A stretch of DNA of 64,000 nt from Pseudomonas sp. GTDB taxonomy: Bacteria; Pseudomonadota; Gammaproteobacteria; Pseudomonadales; Pseudomonadaceae. Shown piece by piece: positions 10,103 through 19,826 of this stretch (positions are counted from its first letter, which is position 1; every line of letters begins with the position of its first letter). The translations under genes were made by a program, and so were the position numbers. The notes under the pieces are model-generated. The model was given only the letters and a program-made list of their open reading frames with translations. It was not told the origin of the DNA and made no database searches. The stretch is from positions 56,542 to 120,541 of the forward strand of contig NZ_JASLAW010000246.1 in assembly GCF_030147005.1 (NCBI RefSeq). Direction: 5' to 3'.

Positions 10103-10744
10103 CTATGAAGCAGCGTTGCGATGGGGCGGGGCAGTTGCGGCGGCGATATCCCAAGTCAGCATGAGCTGGCTGATGGCCGCATCGATAACGGCATGGGGGA
10201 CGTTGTCCCGCGCCTGTATCGATACACCTTGCAGGAAACTGTCGAACACCGTCGCCATCGCCGCTGCATGAAGGGTGTCCGGCAGGTATCCGTCATTGAT
10301 TGCGCGTTCAACACACGCCACGATCCCCGCCCGCGTGCGTGCCCGTGACTGGGTCAGCGCATCCGCCACGCGGGCGTTCTCGGAGCTCGGCGCGCTCATC
10401 ACACCGAGTGTCACCATGCAGCCCTTGGGGTGGCCGTTGTCACACTGCATGCGCGCCGACTGGCGCAGTGCGGTCTCGATGGCTTGGCGCGGTGGCAGGG
10501 CTTCGTCCCAAAGGCATGCGGTGACTTGGGCGTAGGTCGCCAGATAACGTTGCACGCACTCATCGAACAGCGCCTCTTTGGAACCGAATGCTGCATAAAA
10601 ACTCGGCGCGGAGATGCCGCCACCCAGGCCGGCCTTGAGCTGGGCGAGCGACGTGGCGTCGTAACCGTGTTGCCAGAACAGGTGCATGGCCTGTTCCACG
10701 GCCTGTTCCCGGTCGAAGGTACGGGGGCGGCCCATTTGTGCCAT
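10103..10744 (-). CDS. TetR/AcrR-family regulator
   Basis: MAQMGRPRTFDREQAVEQAMHLFWQHGYDATS...SFYAAFGSKEALF. Confidence 0.9.
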   Translation of the reverse strand: MAQMGRPRTFDREQAVEQAMHLFWQHGYDATSLAQLKAGLGGGISAPSFYAAFGSKEALFDECVQRYLATYAQVTACLWDEALPPRQAIETALRQSARMQCDNGHPKGCMVTLGVMSAPSSENARVADALTQSRARTRAGIVACVERAINDGYLPDTLHAAAMATVFDSFLQGVSIQARDNVPHAVIDAAISQLMLTWDIAAATAPPHRNAAS

Positions 10745-10865
10745 AGCGAGAGTCCTCTGGATAGCTACATAAATACTAGTCGATACATAAGTCGTTGACA
10801 ACGGCCTGCGCCCGCCTGCAACATTTGTATCGATCAGTATTTAAGTCAGCCTGCGGAGTTTCCCC

Positions 10866-12083
10866 ATGACCCCCTCACCCAGTTTATCGGCGCCATCCGA
10901 GCGTCTGCCCATCGGTGCCTTGCTCGCCCTGGCCATGACCGGCTTCATCTGCATCGTCACTGAAACGCTGCCCGCGGGCCTGTTGCCGTTAATCAGCGAG
11001 GGCCTGGCGATCTCACCGTCCATGGCCGGGCAAATGGTCACCGCCTATGCGCTGGGCTCGATGCTGGCGGTGATACCCATGACTATCGCCACCCGTGGCT
11101 GGCGTCGACGCAAAGTGCTGTTGCTCACCATTGTCGGTTTCCTCCTGTTCAATTCGATTACTGCGCTGTCGTCCCAGTATGGTGTCACGCTGATGGCGCG
11201 CTTTTTTGCCGGCGTGGCGGCAGGGTTGGCCTGGAGCCTGCTGGCCGGTTATGCGCGGCGCATGGTCGCGCCCGGGCAACAGGGTAAAGCGCTGGCATTG
11301 GCGATGGTGGGTACGCCGATTGCGCTGTCCTTGGGGGTGCCGCTGGGTACCTGGCTCGGTGGGTGCCTGGGCTGGCGGACGACGTTTGGCCTGATGTCGG
11401 CGCTGACGTTGGGATTGATCGTGTGGGTACTGGTGAAAGTCCCGGATTACCCGCCGCAGCCCGCGCACCAGCGTCTCTCCCTCGGCAAGGTGTTGATCAC
11501 CCCCGGAGTACGGCCGGTGTTGGCCGTGGTGATCAGTTGGATGCTTGCCCATAACATTTTGTATACCTACATCGCCCCCTTCCTGGCACCGGCCGGGCTG
11601 GCGCAGCGGGTGGACCTGGTGCTGTTGGTGTTCGGCGTTGCCGCGTTGGCGGGCATCTGGTTGACCGCCAGGTTGGTCGAGCCAATGTTGCGCAAGACGG
11701 TATTGGTGAGCCTGGCGACCTTTGCGGCGATAAGTGCGGTATTCGGCTTTCTAGGCAACCAGCCGCAGGTGATCTACCTCGGCGTAGCGGTCTGGGGTTT
11801 GAGTTTCGGCGGCGCCGCCACCTTACTGCAAACCGCCCTGGCCGATGCCGCGGGTGATGGTGCGGATGTCGCGCTGTCGCTGAATGTCGTGGCGTGGAAC
11901 AGCGCGATTGCCGGCAGCGGAGTGGTGGGGGGCGTGCTGCTTGACCGTTGGGGTGTGGCCTCGTTTGCGTGGGTAATGCTGTTGTTGGCGGGCGTGGCGC
12001 TGGTGATCGCCTGGTCGGCGCATGCCCATGGCTTCAAACCGGGACGGCGGTCTGCCGATGGGCCTGCGGCGGTGGGGCACTGA
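10866..12083 (+). CDS. MFS transporter (DHA1/AraJ-like efflux)
   Basis: About 12 hydrophobic segments, TETLPAGLLP motif; divergent from the TetR gene. Confidence 0.9.
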   Translation: MTPSPSLSAPSERLPIGALLALAMTGFICIVTETLPAGLLPLISEGLAISPSMAGQMVTAYALGSMLAVIPMTIATRGWRRRKVLLLTIVGFLLFNSITALSSQYGVTLMARFFAGVAAGLAWSLLAGYARRMVAPGQQGKALALAMVGTPIALSLGVPLGTWLGGCLGWRTTFGLMSALTLGLIVWVLVKVPDYPPQPAHQRLSLGKVLITPGVRPVLAVVISWMLAHNILYTYIAPFLAPAGLAQRVDLVLLVFGVAALAGIWLTARLVEPMLRKTVLVSLATFAAISAVFGFLGNQPQVIYLGVAVWGLSFGGAATLLQTALADAAGDGADVALSLNVVAWNSAIAGSGVVGGVLLDRWGVASFAWVMLLLAGVALVIAWSAHAHGFKPGRRSADGPAAVGH

Positions 12084-12084
12084 G

Positions 12085-12525
12085 TTAAGCCAGCTTCACA
12101 TTCATGGTGATGTGGGCCGTGAACACTTTGACGCCGCCCTCATCAAAAACCTCCACCGGCACACGCTTGTCCCCGGCCGTTTGCCAGTCGATGGCACTGC
12201 CATCGGCGACCGCGCGGATGCTGGTTTTCGCCTTGGCCAGGTATTCCACGGTCATGCCTTTGGGTATCCAGCGTGCGCCAGGGGGAATGGACGCATCGGT
12301 CATCATTCCGCCGGCCAGCTCGGCGGCGTTGCACAGGGCAATCGCGTGCACCGACGCCAGATGGTTGGTGATTTCCTTGCGAAACGGCACGTTGACCACC
12401 GCGTGGTTGGGGCGCAACTCAGCGATCTCGGGCGTGATCGTGCTGAAGTACGGTGCCATTTGGCAGGCCAGGTTGCTGAACGCGGCAGGGCCTACGCTGT
12501 TGAACATGCTGAGTGCTTGGCTCAT
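12085..12525 (-). CDS. Hotdog-fold thioesterase-like protein (DUF4442-like)
   Basis: APYFSTI...NHLASVHAIALCNAAE...WIPKGMTVEYLAKA. Confidence 0.8.
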   Translation of the reverse strand: MSQALSMFNSVGPAAFSNLACQMAPYFSTITPEIAELRPNHAVVNVPFRKEITNHLASVHAIALCNAAELAGGMMTDASIPPGARWIPKGMTVEYLAKAKTSIRAVADGSAIDWQTAGDKRVPVEVFDEGGVKVFTAHITMNVKLA

Positions 12526-12660
12526 TGGATATCCTCGTTAGTGGGTTACAGAATAATATTCTGTAACGGAACAATATTCCGTTATTTTGATGCATGTCAA
12601 GCCACGCTTTCACTGCCGCCCGCAGAACCTATAGACTCTTTTCATTTGGCGTCCCTGTGC

Positions 12661-13287
12661 ATGCATTCCATCGACCTTATCGAGCGCACCTTCCCCGGCA
12701 GGCGCAGCGACCTCAAGCGCACCATCCTGCGCGAGGCGCTGGCGTGCTTTAACGAGGCAGGTATTGAAGCGACGAATATCGAAACCATCCGCGCCCGCTG
12801 CGAGACCAGCGTGGGTGCCATTTACCACCACTTCGGCAATAAAGAAGGTTTGGTCGCGGCGCTTTTCTTCGCCGCGCTCGAGGACCAGGCCAGCCTGCGC
12901 GACCGCTATCTGCAAACGGCCGATACCGCCCAGGCGGGCGTGGCCGGGCTGGTGTTCAGTTATGTCGAGTGGGTGACTGAGCAGCCGGACTGGGCGCGTT
13001 TTATGTTTCAAAGCCACTTTGCAGTGTCTAACGGCCCGTTCAAGGACGAGTTGGTTTCACGCAACAAACAACGCAATCAACGGTTGAAGGACTGGATGAG
13101 CGGGGCAGGGCGCAAGGAACAGTTCAGCCATCTGCCCGCCGAACTGATCCCCTCGTTGATCATCGGCGCGGCGCAAAGCTACTCGCGCGCCTGGTTGTCG
13201 GCGAAGGTCAAGAAGAGCCCCTGGGACTATCGTGAACTGCTGGCTGAGGCCGCGTGGCATTCGATCAGCCCAGGCGCGCAGTCATAG
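12661..13287 (+). CDS. TetR-family regulator
   Basis: HTH GIEATNIETIRARCETSVGAIYHHFGNKEGL; start ATG 12661. Confidence 0.9.
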   Translation: MHSIDLIERTFPGRRSDLKRTILREALACFNEAGIEATNIETIRARCETSVGAIYHHFGNKEGLVAALFFAALEDQASLRDRYLQTADTAQAGVAGLVFSYVEWVTEQPDWARFMFQSHFAVSNGPFKDELVSRNKQRNQRLKDWMSGAGRKEQFSHLPAELIPSLIIGAAQSYSRAWLSAKVKKSPWDYRELLAEAAWHSISPGAQS

Positions 13288-13431
13288 GCCGGTAAACTCC
13301 TGCGAGAGCGGTCGAGTTGCAGCGAGGCTGCTAAAGCGGTGGCACAGGCGTTAAACAGGCCAGCAATGCCACCGCCTGCCAGAGACCACGCTAGGTTTAT
13401 ACTGCCCCTCTTCAAACCAACCGAGATCCCC

Positions 13432-14643
13432 ATGAGCACCTCTCTTTCCCTGACGCCGGCGCGCAAGCCGGTCGCGCCTTTGGTGGCCTTTATCGTCCTG
13501 GTGGCAGGCGCCTTGTTCCTGCAGAACATGGTGGGTGCCCGCCAGGTTTTGTTGCTGATCGTCGGCGCCGCGCTGGGCTTGACGCTGTACCACGCCGCCT
13601 TTGGCTTCACCTCGGCCTGGCGCGTGTTTATCAATGATCGGCGCGGCGCCGGGTTGCGCGCGCAGATGGTGATGCTGGCGGTGGCGGTGGTGCTGTTCTT
13701 CCCGGCGCTGGGCGCGGGCTCCTTGTTTGGTCAGCCTGTGGTCGGGCTGGTGGCGCCGGCCGGGGTCTCGGTGGTATTCGGGGCGTTTATCTTCGGCATC
13801 GGCATGCAGCTGGGCGGCGGTTGCGCGTCGGGCACCCTGTTTACCGTGGGCGGCGGCAACGCGCGCATGCTGGTGACCCTGCTGTTCTTTATCTGCGGTT
13901 CGTTGATCGCCACGCATCACGTCGACTGGTGGTTTGCCTTGCCGTCGTTCGCGCCGGTGTCCATCGTCAAAAGTTTCGGCGTACTGCCGGCGTTGCTTCT
14001 GAGCCTGGCCGTGTTCGCGACCATCGCGCTGGTGAGCGTGCGCCTGGAGAAGGGCCGCCATGGCCAACTCGAAACCGGCGTAACCAGCGAGCATCAAGGG
14101 CTGCGCCGCTTCCTGCGCGGGCCTTGGCCGTTGGTGTGGGGAGCGATTGGCCTGGCCTTGCTCAACTATGCCACGCTGGCCCTGGCCGGGCGGCCATGGG
14201 GCATTACTTCAGCGTTCGCGTTGTGGGGCGCCAAGGTGGCGAGTGGGTTGGGTGTAGACGTAGCCAGTTGGGCGTTCTGGCAGATGCCGGCCAACGCCAA
14301 GGCTCTGGCCGCGCCGGTTTGGGAAGACATCACCAGCGTCATGGACATCGGCATCGTGCTTGGCGCGCTGTTGGCTGCGGGCCTGGCCGGGCGTTTCGCA
14401 CCGAGCTTGAAGATTCCGGCGCGTTCGTTGATCGCGGCGGTCGTCGGTGGCCTGTTGCTCGGTTATGGTTCGCGCCTGGCGTATGGCTGCAACATCGGCG
14501 CCTACTTCAGCGGCATCGCCTCGGGTAGCCTGCACGGTTGGCTGTGGCTGGTGGCGGCGTTTATCGGCAATAGCGTGGGCGTGCGCCTGCGACCGTTTTT
14601 CTTCGCGGGCGAACGGCCCCAGGTCGCCTTGAGTGGTTGCTGA
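13432..14643 (+). CDS. YeeE/YedE-family sulfur-compound transporter
   Basis: FGIGMQLGGGCASG and YGSRLAYGCNIG motifs, multiple TM segments. Confidence 0.85.
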   Translation: MSTSLSLTPARKPVAPLVAFIVLVAGALFLQNMVGARQVLLLIVGAALGLTLYHAAFGFTSAWRVFINDRRGAGLRAQMVMLAVAVVLFFPALGAGSLFGQPVVGLVAPAGVSVVFGAFIFGIGMQLGGGCASGTLFTVGGGNARMLVTLLFFICGSLIATHHVDWWFALPSFAPVSIVKSFGVLPALLLSLAVFATIALVSVRLEKGRHGQLETGVTSEHQGLRRFLRGPWPLVWGAIGLALLNYATLALAGRPWGITSAFALWGAKVASGLGVDVASWAFWQMPANAKALAAPVWEDITSVMDIGIVLGALLAAGLAGRFAPSLKIPARSLIAAVVGGLLLGYGSRLAYGCNIGAYFSGIASGSLHGWLWLVAAFIGNSVGVRLRPFFFAGERPQVALSGC

Positions 14644-14775
14644 GCGAGCGGTTCATATTGGCCGGCTATGTCCGAATCCGTCCTGAACCGGTCCGCCTTG
14701 GGCCTGTTGCGTAGCCGGGTGGGTCTTTACCATGGCTCGCAGCATCAGCCCCCTGAACAGCCAAAAGGACCCACC

Positions 14776-15318
14776 ATGAGCCGCAAAGCCCTGATCGTGA
14801 TCGACGCCCAGCATTCATTTCGTCATGCACCCTACTGGTCCGAAAACGACCTGCCGGATTACCTTGAAAACCAACAGGCGCTCATCGACGGCTGTGTTCA
14901 GCAAGGCATCCCGGTGGTGCAAGTTTTTCATGTGGAAGACCAAGGGCACTTTTCGATGGCATCGGGCAACGTCAAGGCATTGAGCGAGCTGTCGATCGAC
15001 CCGCAATTGGTCATCCATAAGCACTACCACAGCGCCTTCGCCGGTACGCCGCTGGCCGCGCGCCTCACGGAGATGGGCGTCACCACGTTGATCATCAGCG
15101 GCATTCGTACCGAACAGTGCTGTGAAACCACCACGCGGCAGGCCTCGGACAGCGGGTTTAACGTCGACTTCGTCAGCGCGGCCACGCTGACCTTCCCGAT
15201 GACCCACGCACGCAGCGGCCGGGTGTACACCCCGGCCGAGATTCGCGAGCGTACCGAGCTGGTGCTGGAAGGTCGGTTTGCACGCATCGTCACCGTCGCC
15301 CAGGCATTGGCGGGGTGA
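14776..15318 (+). CDS. Isochorismatase-family cysteine hydrolase
   Basis: ALIVIDAQ, K..HSAF, GIRTEQCCETTTR. Confidence 0.85.
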   Translation: MSRKALIVIDAQHSFRHAPYWSENDLPDYLENQQALIDGCVQQGIPVVQVFHVEDQGHFSMASGNVKALSELSIDPQLVIHKHYHSAFAGTPLAARLTEMGVTTLIISGIRTEQCCETTTRQASDSGFNVDFVSAATLTFPMTHARSGRVYTPAEIRERTELVLEGRFARIVTVAQALAG

Positions 15319-15322
15319 CTTA

Positions 15323-16318
15323 ATGAGCGTGCCGGTGCTGTTCGTGCTGTTGCCCAATGTGCTGATGCTGGACCTGGCCGGCCCCGCCGAAGTGCTGCGC
15401 CTGGCTGCGCAGGTGGACGACCCGGCGGCGGTGGATTTCGAGCTGCAGTACGTCAGCCCGGTGCAATCCCTGCACACCTCAATCGGCTTGCCGTTGACAG
15501 GCCTGGCGCCCTTGCCGGCCAGCTTGGCGCCCGGCACCCTGGTGGTGTTGGTGGGCTCCAGCATGAAGGTAGGCAAAGCCGGCCAACAAGCCTTCGAAAC
15601 CGCCAGCGACAGCCTGGTGCAGTGGCTGCGAACGGTGTTCGCACCCTCTGCCGAGCGTTTGATATGCGTGTGCGCCGGCGCGCTGACCGCCGCTCGCGCC
15701 GGGCTGCTCGACGGGCGCCAATGCACCACGCACCACGCGCTGTGCGCCACCCTCCAGGCCCTCGCGCCCAAGGCGCGGGTTTTGGAAAACCGCCTGTACG
15801 TCACCGATGGCCCGGTCAGCTGCAGCGCCGGGATCACCGCCGGTATCGATATGATGCTGCACCTGGTTGCCGAGCGCGCCGGGCCAAGGCTGGCGTGCGC
15901 CGTCGCGCGGGATATGGTGGTGTACCTGCGCCGCGGCGGCACCGACCCGCAATTATCGCCGTGGATCGCCGGACGCAATCACCTGCACCCGGCCGTCCAT
16001 CGCGTACAGGACGCCATTGCCGCCGCCCCGTGTGAAGCCTGGACCGTCGCCCGCATGGCGAACCTGGCCTGCACCGGCAGCCGCCACCTGGCGCGCCTGT
16101 TCCACGAGCATGTCGGCATCAGCCCGCTGGATTACCTGCACCGTGTGCGCCTGGCCGTGGCCCGCGAGCTGCTGGTTGAGTCGGATCTGGATATCGAAAC
16201 CGTCGCCGAGCGCGCAGGCTTTGGTTCGGCGCGCCATCTGCGGCGTATCTGGGGCAAACATGAAGCGGGCACGCCTTCAGCGATGCGCCTTATTCAGCAA
16301 GCGTCTCGGGTGACGTAA
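15323..16318 (+). CDS. GlxA-type AraC regulator (DJ-1/PfpI domain + AraC HTH)
   Basis: LDLAGPAEV, CVCAGA, SAGITAGID, C-terminal double HTH. Confidence 0.9.
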   Translation: MSVPVLFVLLPNVLMLDLAGPAEVLRLAAQVDDPAAVDFELQYVSPVQSLHTSIGLPLTGLAPLPASLAPGTLVVLVGSSMKVGKAGQQAFETASDSLVQWLRTVFAPSAERLICVCAGALTAARAGLLDGRQCTTHHALCATLQALAPKARVLENRLYVTDGPVSCSAGITAGIDMMLHLVAERAGPRLACAVARDMVVYLRRGGTDPQLSPWIAGRNHLHPAVHRVQDAIAAAPCEAWTVARMANLACTGSRHLARLFHEHVGISPLDYLHRVRLAVARELLVESDLDIETVAERAGFGSARHLRRIWGKHEAGTPSAMRLIQQASRVT

Positions 16319-16460
16319 CCGGTTCTTGGCCGGCTTCGGCCGAAAGCTTTGAACGGTCCGCCTTGCTGATGTATTTATCTTTGCTTTTCGGCGCCAGTTT
16401 GGCGCTGGCCTTTTTGGCCTTGGCCTTGAAGAGCTGCTTGAGTTTTTTCTGGCGGTTCAT
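16290..16460 (-). CDS. Small basic protein, DUF2986-like (56 aa, absent from the ORF track)
   Basis: Manual translation: MNRQKKLKQLFKAKAKKASAKLAPKSKDKYISKADRSKLSAEAGQEPVTSPETLAE. Confidence 0.75.
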   Translation of the reverse strand: MNRQKKLKQLFKAKAKKASAKLAPKSKDKYISKADRSKLSAEAGQEPVTSPETLAE

Positions 16461-16550
16461 GTGTGTTGGCCTGGCAGGTAAAGGCGCGAATGATACCAGC
16501 TAAAAAAAACCTGGATTGAAAGGTATGCCTGCCGAGGATGCGCACTGCAC

Positions 16551-16644
16551 CTGTGGCGACGGAGTTTGCTCGCGCTGGAGTGCGCAGCGCTCCCGTTTCC
16601 GGGGCTGCTACGCCGCCCAGCGGGAGCAAGCTCCCTCGCCACGG
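16551..16644. repeat. REP doublet (REPIN)
   Basis: CTGTGGCGACGGAGTTTGCTCGCGCTGG ... CCAGCGGGAGCAAGCTCCCTCGCCACGG inverted pair; similar copies at 37883 and about 63550. Confidence 0.8.
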
Positions 16645-16715
16645 ATCAATTCCGGTAGAGGGCAGGCGGGACCGGGACGTTGCTGATATGCGTAAGCGGG
16701 GACTCTGAACGTCCG

Positions 16716-16753
16716 AAAAAAAGCCGAGCCGTGACACGTCACAACGGCTCGGC
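16716..16753 (-). terminator. Terminator of DUF6124 module 1
   Basis: Stem GCCGAGCCGT/ACGGCTCGGC followed by T7 on the minus strand. Confidence 0.7.
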
Positions 16754-16773
16754 GGCCAGCCGGTATTGAAAAA

Positions 16774-17118
16774 TCAGCTGTCAGTGAGCGCACCCTCTCG
16801 TTCCATCAGTTTATCCACCAGCAACATCCCTATCTCGCTCAGTTGGTGAATCGCCAGGGCCACATCCCGCTGTTTTCCTGCCAGCTCATCAGACAGGTCA
16901 AGCAGTAACGCGGTAACGGAAGAAAAGGTTTCATAGCTGTTGGCGATCAGCGCTTCGCGGCTGGCATCGTCAGCGACGCTGAATAATGTCGTGAAGGGTG
17001 CTGGGCGCGGCTCGGGAGTTTCTACGTCAGTGTTGATGCAGCGATCAATCGCACGATGCGCCGCTTGGTTCAGTTTCAGGTCGGGATCGTTTGGAGGGTT
17101 GGGGGTAACTTTGAACAT
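16774..17118 (-). CDS. DUF6124/DUF3077-like Pseudomonas protein
   Basis: MFKVTPNPP...AAHRAID...NSYETFSSV...LAIHQLSEIG; paralog at 58157-58390. Confidence 0.75.
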   Translation of the reverse strand: MFKVTPNPPNDPDLKLNQAAHRAIDRCINTDVETPEPRPAPFTTLFSVADDASREALIANSYETFSSVTALLLDLSDELAGKQRDVALAIHQLSEIGMLLVDKLMEREGALTDS

Positions 17119-17168
17119 ACTTGGAATTTCCTAACTAGGGCTACCACCACTCAGCTACTAAACAAAGG

Positions 17169-17249
17169 GGTGGCAGCTGTGCGCAGGTTAGTAGACCGGG
17201 GAATTCCAAGAAAGCCGGCGCGCCCGAAAGCGCCCTGCGCACAGCCACC
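17169..17249 (-). ncRNA. C4-like antisense RNA, copy 1
   Basis: Cloverleaf with outer stem GGTGGCTGTGCGCAGG/CCTGCGCACAGCTGCCACC. Loops CTACTAA and CTTGGAATT are complementary to flanking sites on both sides. Confidence 0.7.
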
Positions 17250-17386
17250 ATCAAACACAGACAAGTCGTCTGATGGGTAAGGCTTATGCACTAGCTGGAA
17301 TTGACCTCGGGCTACTAAACCCGATCACTGAGGTGTCAGCGACCGAGCCACCTTAGAGACGCCCATCCAAGCGCACAAGCCGGCGG

Positions 17387-17416
17387 ATTCTGACGCAACT
17401 GTAGGCAATGGAGCAA
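17387..17416 (-). promoter_or_regulatory. Putative sigma70 promoter of C4/DUF6124 module 1
   Basis: TTGCTC-N18-CAGAAT on the minus strand, conserved in module 2 (58654-58683). Confidence 0.45.
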
Positions 17417-17462
17417 GGTGGTGAAGCCTGCTGTAGGACATGTCTACATGCGGGCGCCGCCA

Positions 17463-18434
17463 TTACCTCGACTCGCCCAACTCCAGGCAAAACATCTTCC
17501 GATACTCCGAAGGCGATGTGCCCAGTTGCGTGGCAAAGTGCTGTCTCAATGACAATGCCGTACCAAACCCCACTTCCCCTGCGATGCATTCAACCGGCAG
17601 CTCGGTCGTCTCCAGCAGCGCCTGCGCCCTGGCTACGCGTTCGGCGCTCAACCATTTGGACACAGTGGTGCCGGTGGCCTCCTTGAACCGGCGAGTGAAT
17701 GTGCGCCTGCTCATCTTTGCCCGGTCCGCCAGCACGTCCAGCGACAGGTCCTCGGCCAAGTGCGTGCGCGCCCACGCCAGCACTTCCGACAGGTGCGTCT
17801 CGCTGGATAATTGCGGCACCGGGTGCTCCACGTATTGCGCCTGGCCGCCCTGGCGGTGTGGCGGGGTGACCAGCATCTTCGCGGTACGGTTCGCCACATC
17901 GGCGCCGAGTCGCTGGCGTACCAGGTGCAGGCAACAGTCGATGGCCGCTACGGTACCGGCGGAGGTGATGATGTTGCCGTCACCCACATAAAGAACCTCC
18001 GGCCTGAACCGCGCATTGGGAAAGCGTCGCGCAAACTCGTCGCGGGCGGCCCAGTGGGTGGTGGCTTCTTTGTTGTCCAGCAGGCCCGCATCGCCCAGCA
18101 CGAATGCGCCCAGGCACAAGCCCACGATCAGCTTGCTCTGTGCATCGGCCAGTTGCAGCGCGTCAATGAGCTTAGGGGATGCCGTCACCGACTGATCGCC
18201 CCAGGCAGGGATGATGATCACATCGGCCGTGTGCATCAGTTCCAGGCCCAGGTTCACAGACAGTTCCAGGCCTTGGTCACTGCTGACCATGCCGGGCGAT
18301 TCTGCACAGTAACTGACCTGGTAACAAGGCTCGTCGGGCCTGGACTGGGCCGTTCCCAGGACCATTCCCGGCACGGACAGGTGAAACAGGCTGACGCCGT
18401 CGAAGGCAAGGACGGCTACGTGTATGGGACGCAT
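17463..18434 (-). CDS. GlxA-type AraC regulator
   Basis: GLCLGAF, ATTHW, TSAGTVAAIDCCL, AraC HTH. Confidence 0.9.
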   Translation of the reverse strand: MRPIHVAVLAFDGVSLFHLSVPGMVLGTAQSRPDEPCYQVSYCAESPGMVSSDQGLELSVNLGLELMHTADVIIIPAWGDQSVTASPKLIDALQLADAQSKLIVGLCLGAFVLGDAGLLDNKEATTHWAARDEFARRFPNARFRPEVLYVGDGNIITSAGTVAAIDCCLHLVRQRLGADVANRTAKMLVTPPHRQGGQAQYVEHPVPQLSSETHLSEVLAWARTHLAEDLSLDVLADRAKMSRRTFTRRFKEATGTTVSKWLSAERVARAQALLETTELPVECIAGEVGFGTALSLRQHFATQLGTSPSEYRKMFCLELGESR

Positions 18435-18560
18435 CGGGGCGATCTCGGGAGTGTTGGGGTGTTTGGCCTGATTATATCGTTATCTGTCATTCAGGCCACT
18501 GTTGGCCTTCAGCGCGTTCGGCAAAAATGAACGCCTCGATCCATCAACAGGATAAAACTC

Positions 18561-19442
18561 ATGAAATTTACAACGCTCCCCCTGGCCCTCGGCATCGCTT
18601 GCAGCGCCGCCGCCGTCCCCGCCTTTGCAGGCTCGAACGCACCTGAAGCAGCCCACAGGGTTGACCTTCAACAGGTGCGCAACGCTACGGTGAAAATCAC
18701 CTATGGCGGTACCACGTTTCTGATCGACCCGATGCTGGCCAAAAAGGGCACTTACCCAGGCTTTGAAAATACCTACCGGAGCGAACTGCGCAACCCGCTG
18801 GTGGATTTGACCGAGTCACCGGCCGAGGTCATTTCCGGTGTCGACGCTGTAATCGTTACGCACACGCACCTTGACCACTGGGACGACGCGGCACAGCAAG
18901 CCCTGCCTAAGGACATCCCATTGTTCGCCCAGCATGAAGAAGACGCGCAGCTGATTCGTTCCCAGGGTTTCAAGAATGTGCGTGTGCTGACCGACGAGGC
19001 GCAGTTCGGTGGCGTCAAAATCACCAAGACCGGCGGCCAGCACGGCACCGACGAGATGTATGCCGTGCCGGCACTGGCCAAGCCGCTGGGCGAAGCCATG
19101 GGCGTGGTTTTTCAAGCGCCGGGCTACAAGACTTTATACCTGGCAGGCGACACCGTGTGGCGTAAAGAGGTCGACCAGGCCATCGAGCAGTTTCACCCGC
19201 AAGTGATCGTGCTGAATGCCGGGAAAGCCATGATGGCGGGGTACAAGGGCTCGATCATCATGGGCGAGGAAGATGTACTGCGCGCCGCACAAACCGCGAA
19301 AAACGCTAAAATCGTCGCCGTGCATATGGACGCCATCAACCACATGTCCCTGACCCGCGAGGCGTTGCGCAGCTACGTCAAACAGCACGGTATCGAGGGG
19401 CGGGTGGATATTCCCGAGGACGGCGCAGTGTTGGCGTACTGA
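18561..19442 (+). CDS. Exported metallo-beta-lactamase-fold hydrolase
   Basis: Signal peptide, LIDPML, THTHLDHWD (HxHxDH), LAGDT, VHM. Confidence 0.85.
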   Translation: MKFTTLPLALGIACSAAAVPAFAGSNAPEAAHRVDLQQVRNATVKITYGGTTFLIDPMLAKKGTYPGFENTYRSELRNPLVDLTESPAEVISGVDAVIVTHTHLDHWDDAAQQALPKDIPLFAQHEEDAQLIRSQGFKNVRVLTDEAQFGGVKITKTGGQHGTDEMYAVPALAKPLGEAMGVVFQAPGYKTLYLAGDTVWRKEVDQAIEQFHPQVIVLNAGKAMMAGYKGSIIMGEEDVLRAAQTAKNAKIVAVHMDAINHMSLTREALRSYVKQHGIEGRVDIPEDGAVLAY

Positions 19443-19639
19443 CTTCCCTGGCGCAGCACAGCGCTCCTTCCTCGCGCACCGGCGTTAGGTAGGTGCGCAG
19501 ATGCTCATGACCTGAAGCCGTGGTTTGATCGGGCGCTTTAAACGCGACGGAAACAAGCGCTAGTAGTATTGATCGCCTGTTGATACGGAGGCTGGGCTGG
19601 TTTTTTTGTTCCGGTGTCCCGGAGCAAAATCACTGGCAT

Positions 19640-19825
19640 TGGCGATTGCGAACCCGTCGGCGATGGGCTGAGCGAAATGCGTGTCTTCGTCGGGCCCGGC
19701 TACGGAATCTATTTTGTACGCACCGGCATTGCGGCTTACCTGTTGCGTTGGGGAAGCGATAAAACCGATCAGAAACGAGGAATCAAGCGGGCAAAGAAAT
19801 CCTTGATGCCCTCAGAGGTAGATGA
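19640..19825 (+). pseudogene. RelE/ParE-superfamily addiction-module killer toxin remnant
   Basis: GDCEPVGDGLSEMRVFVGPGYGIYF...GSDKTDQKRGIKRAK. N-terminal half not recognisable; a frameshift near 19795 displaces the expected end EILDALRGR*. Confidence 0.7.
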
Positions 19826-19826
19826 A

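Noticed and set aside
16328..16351. GGCCGGCTTC-GGCC-GAAAGCTTTG resembling the island palindromes
   Set aside because: Isolated, inside a coding region, arm register is off; likely a chance match.
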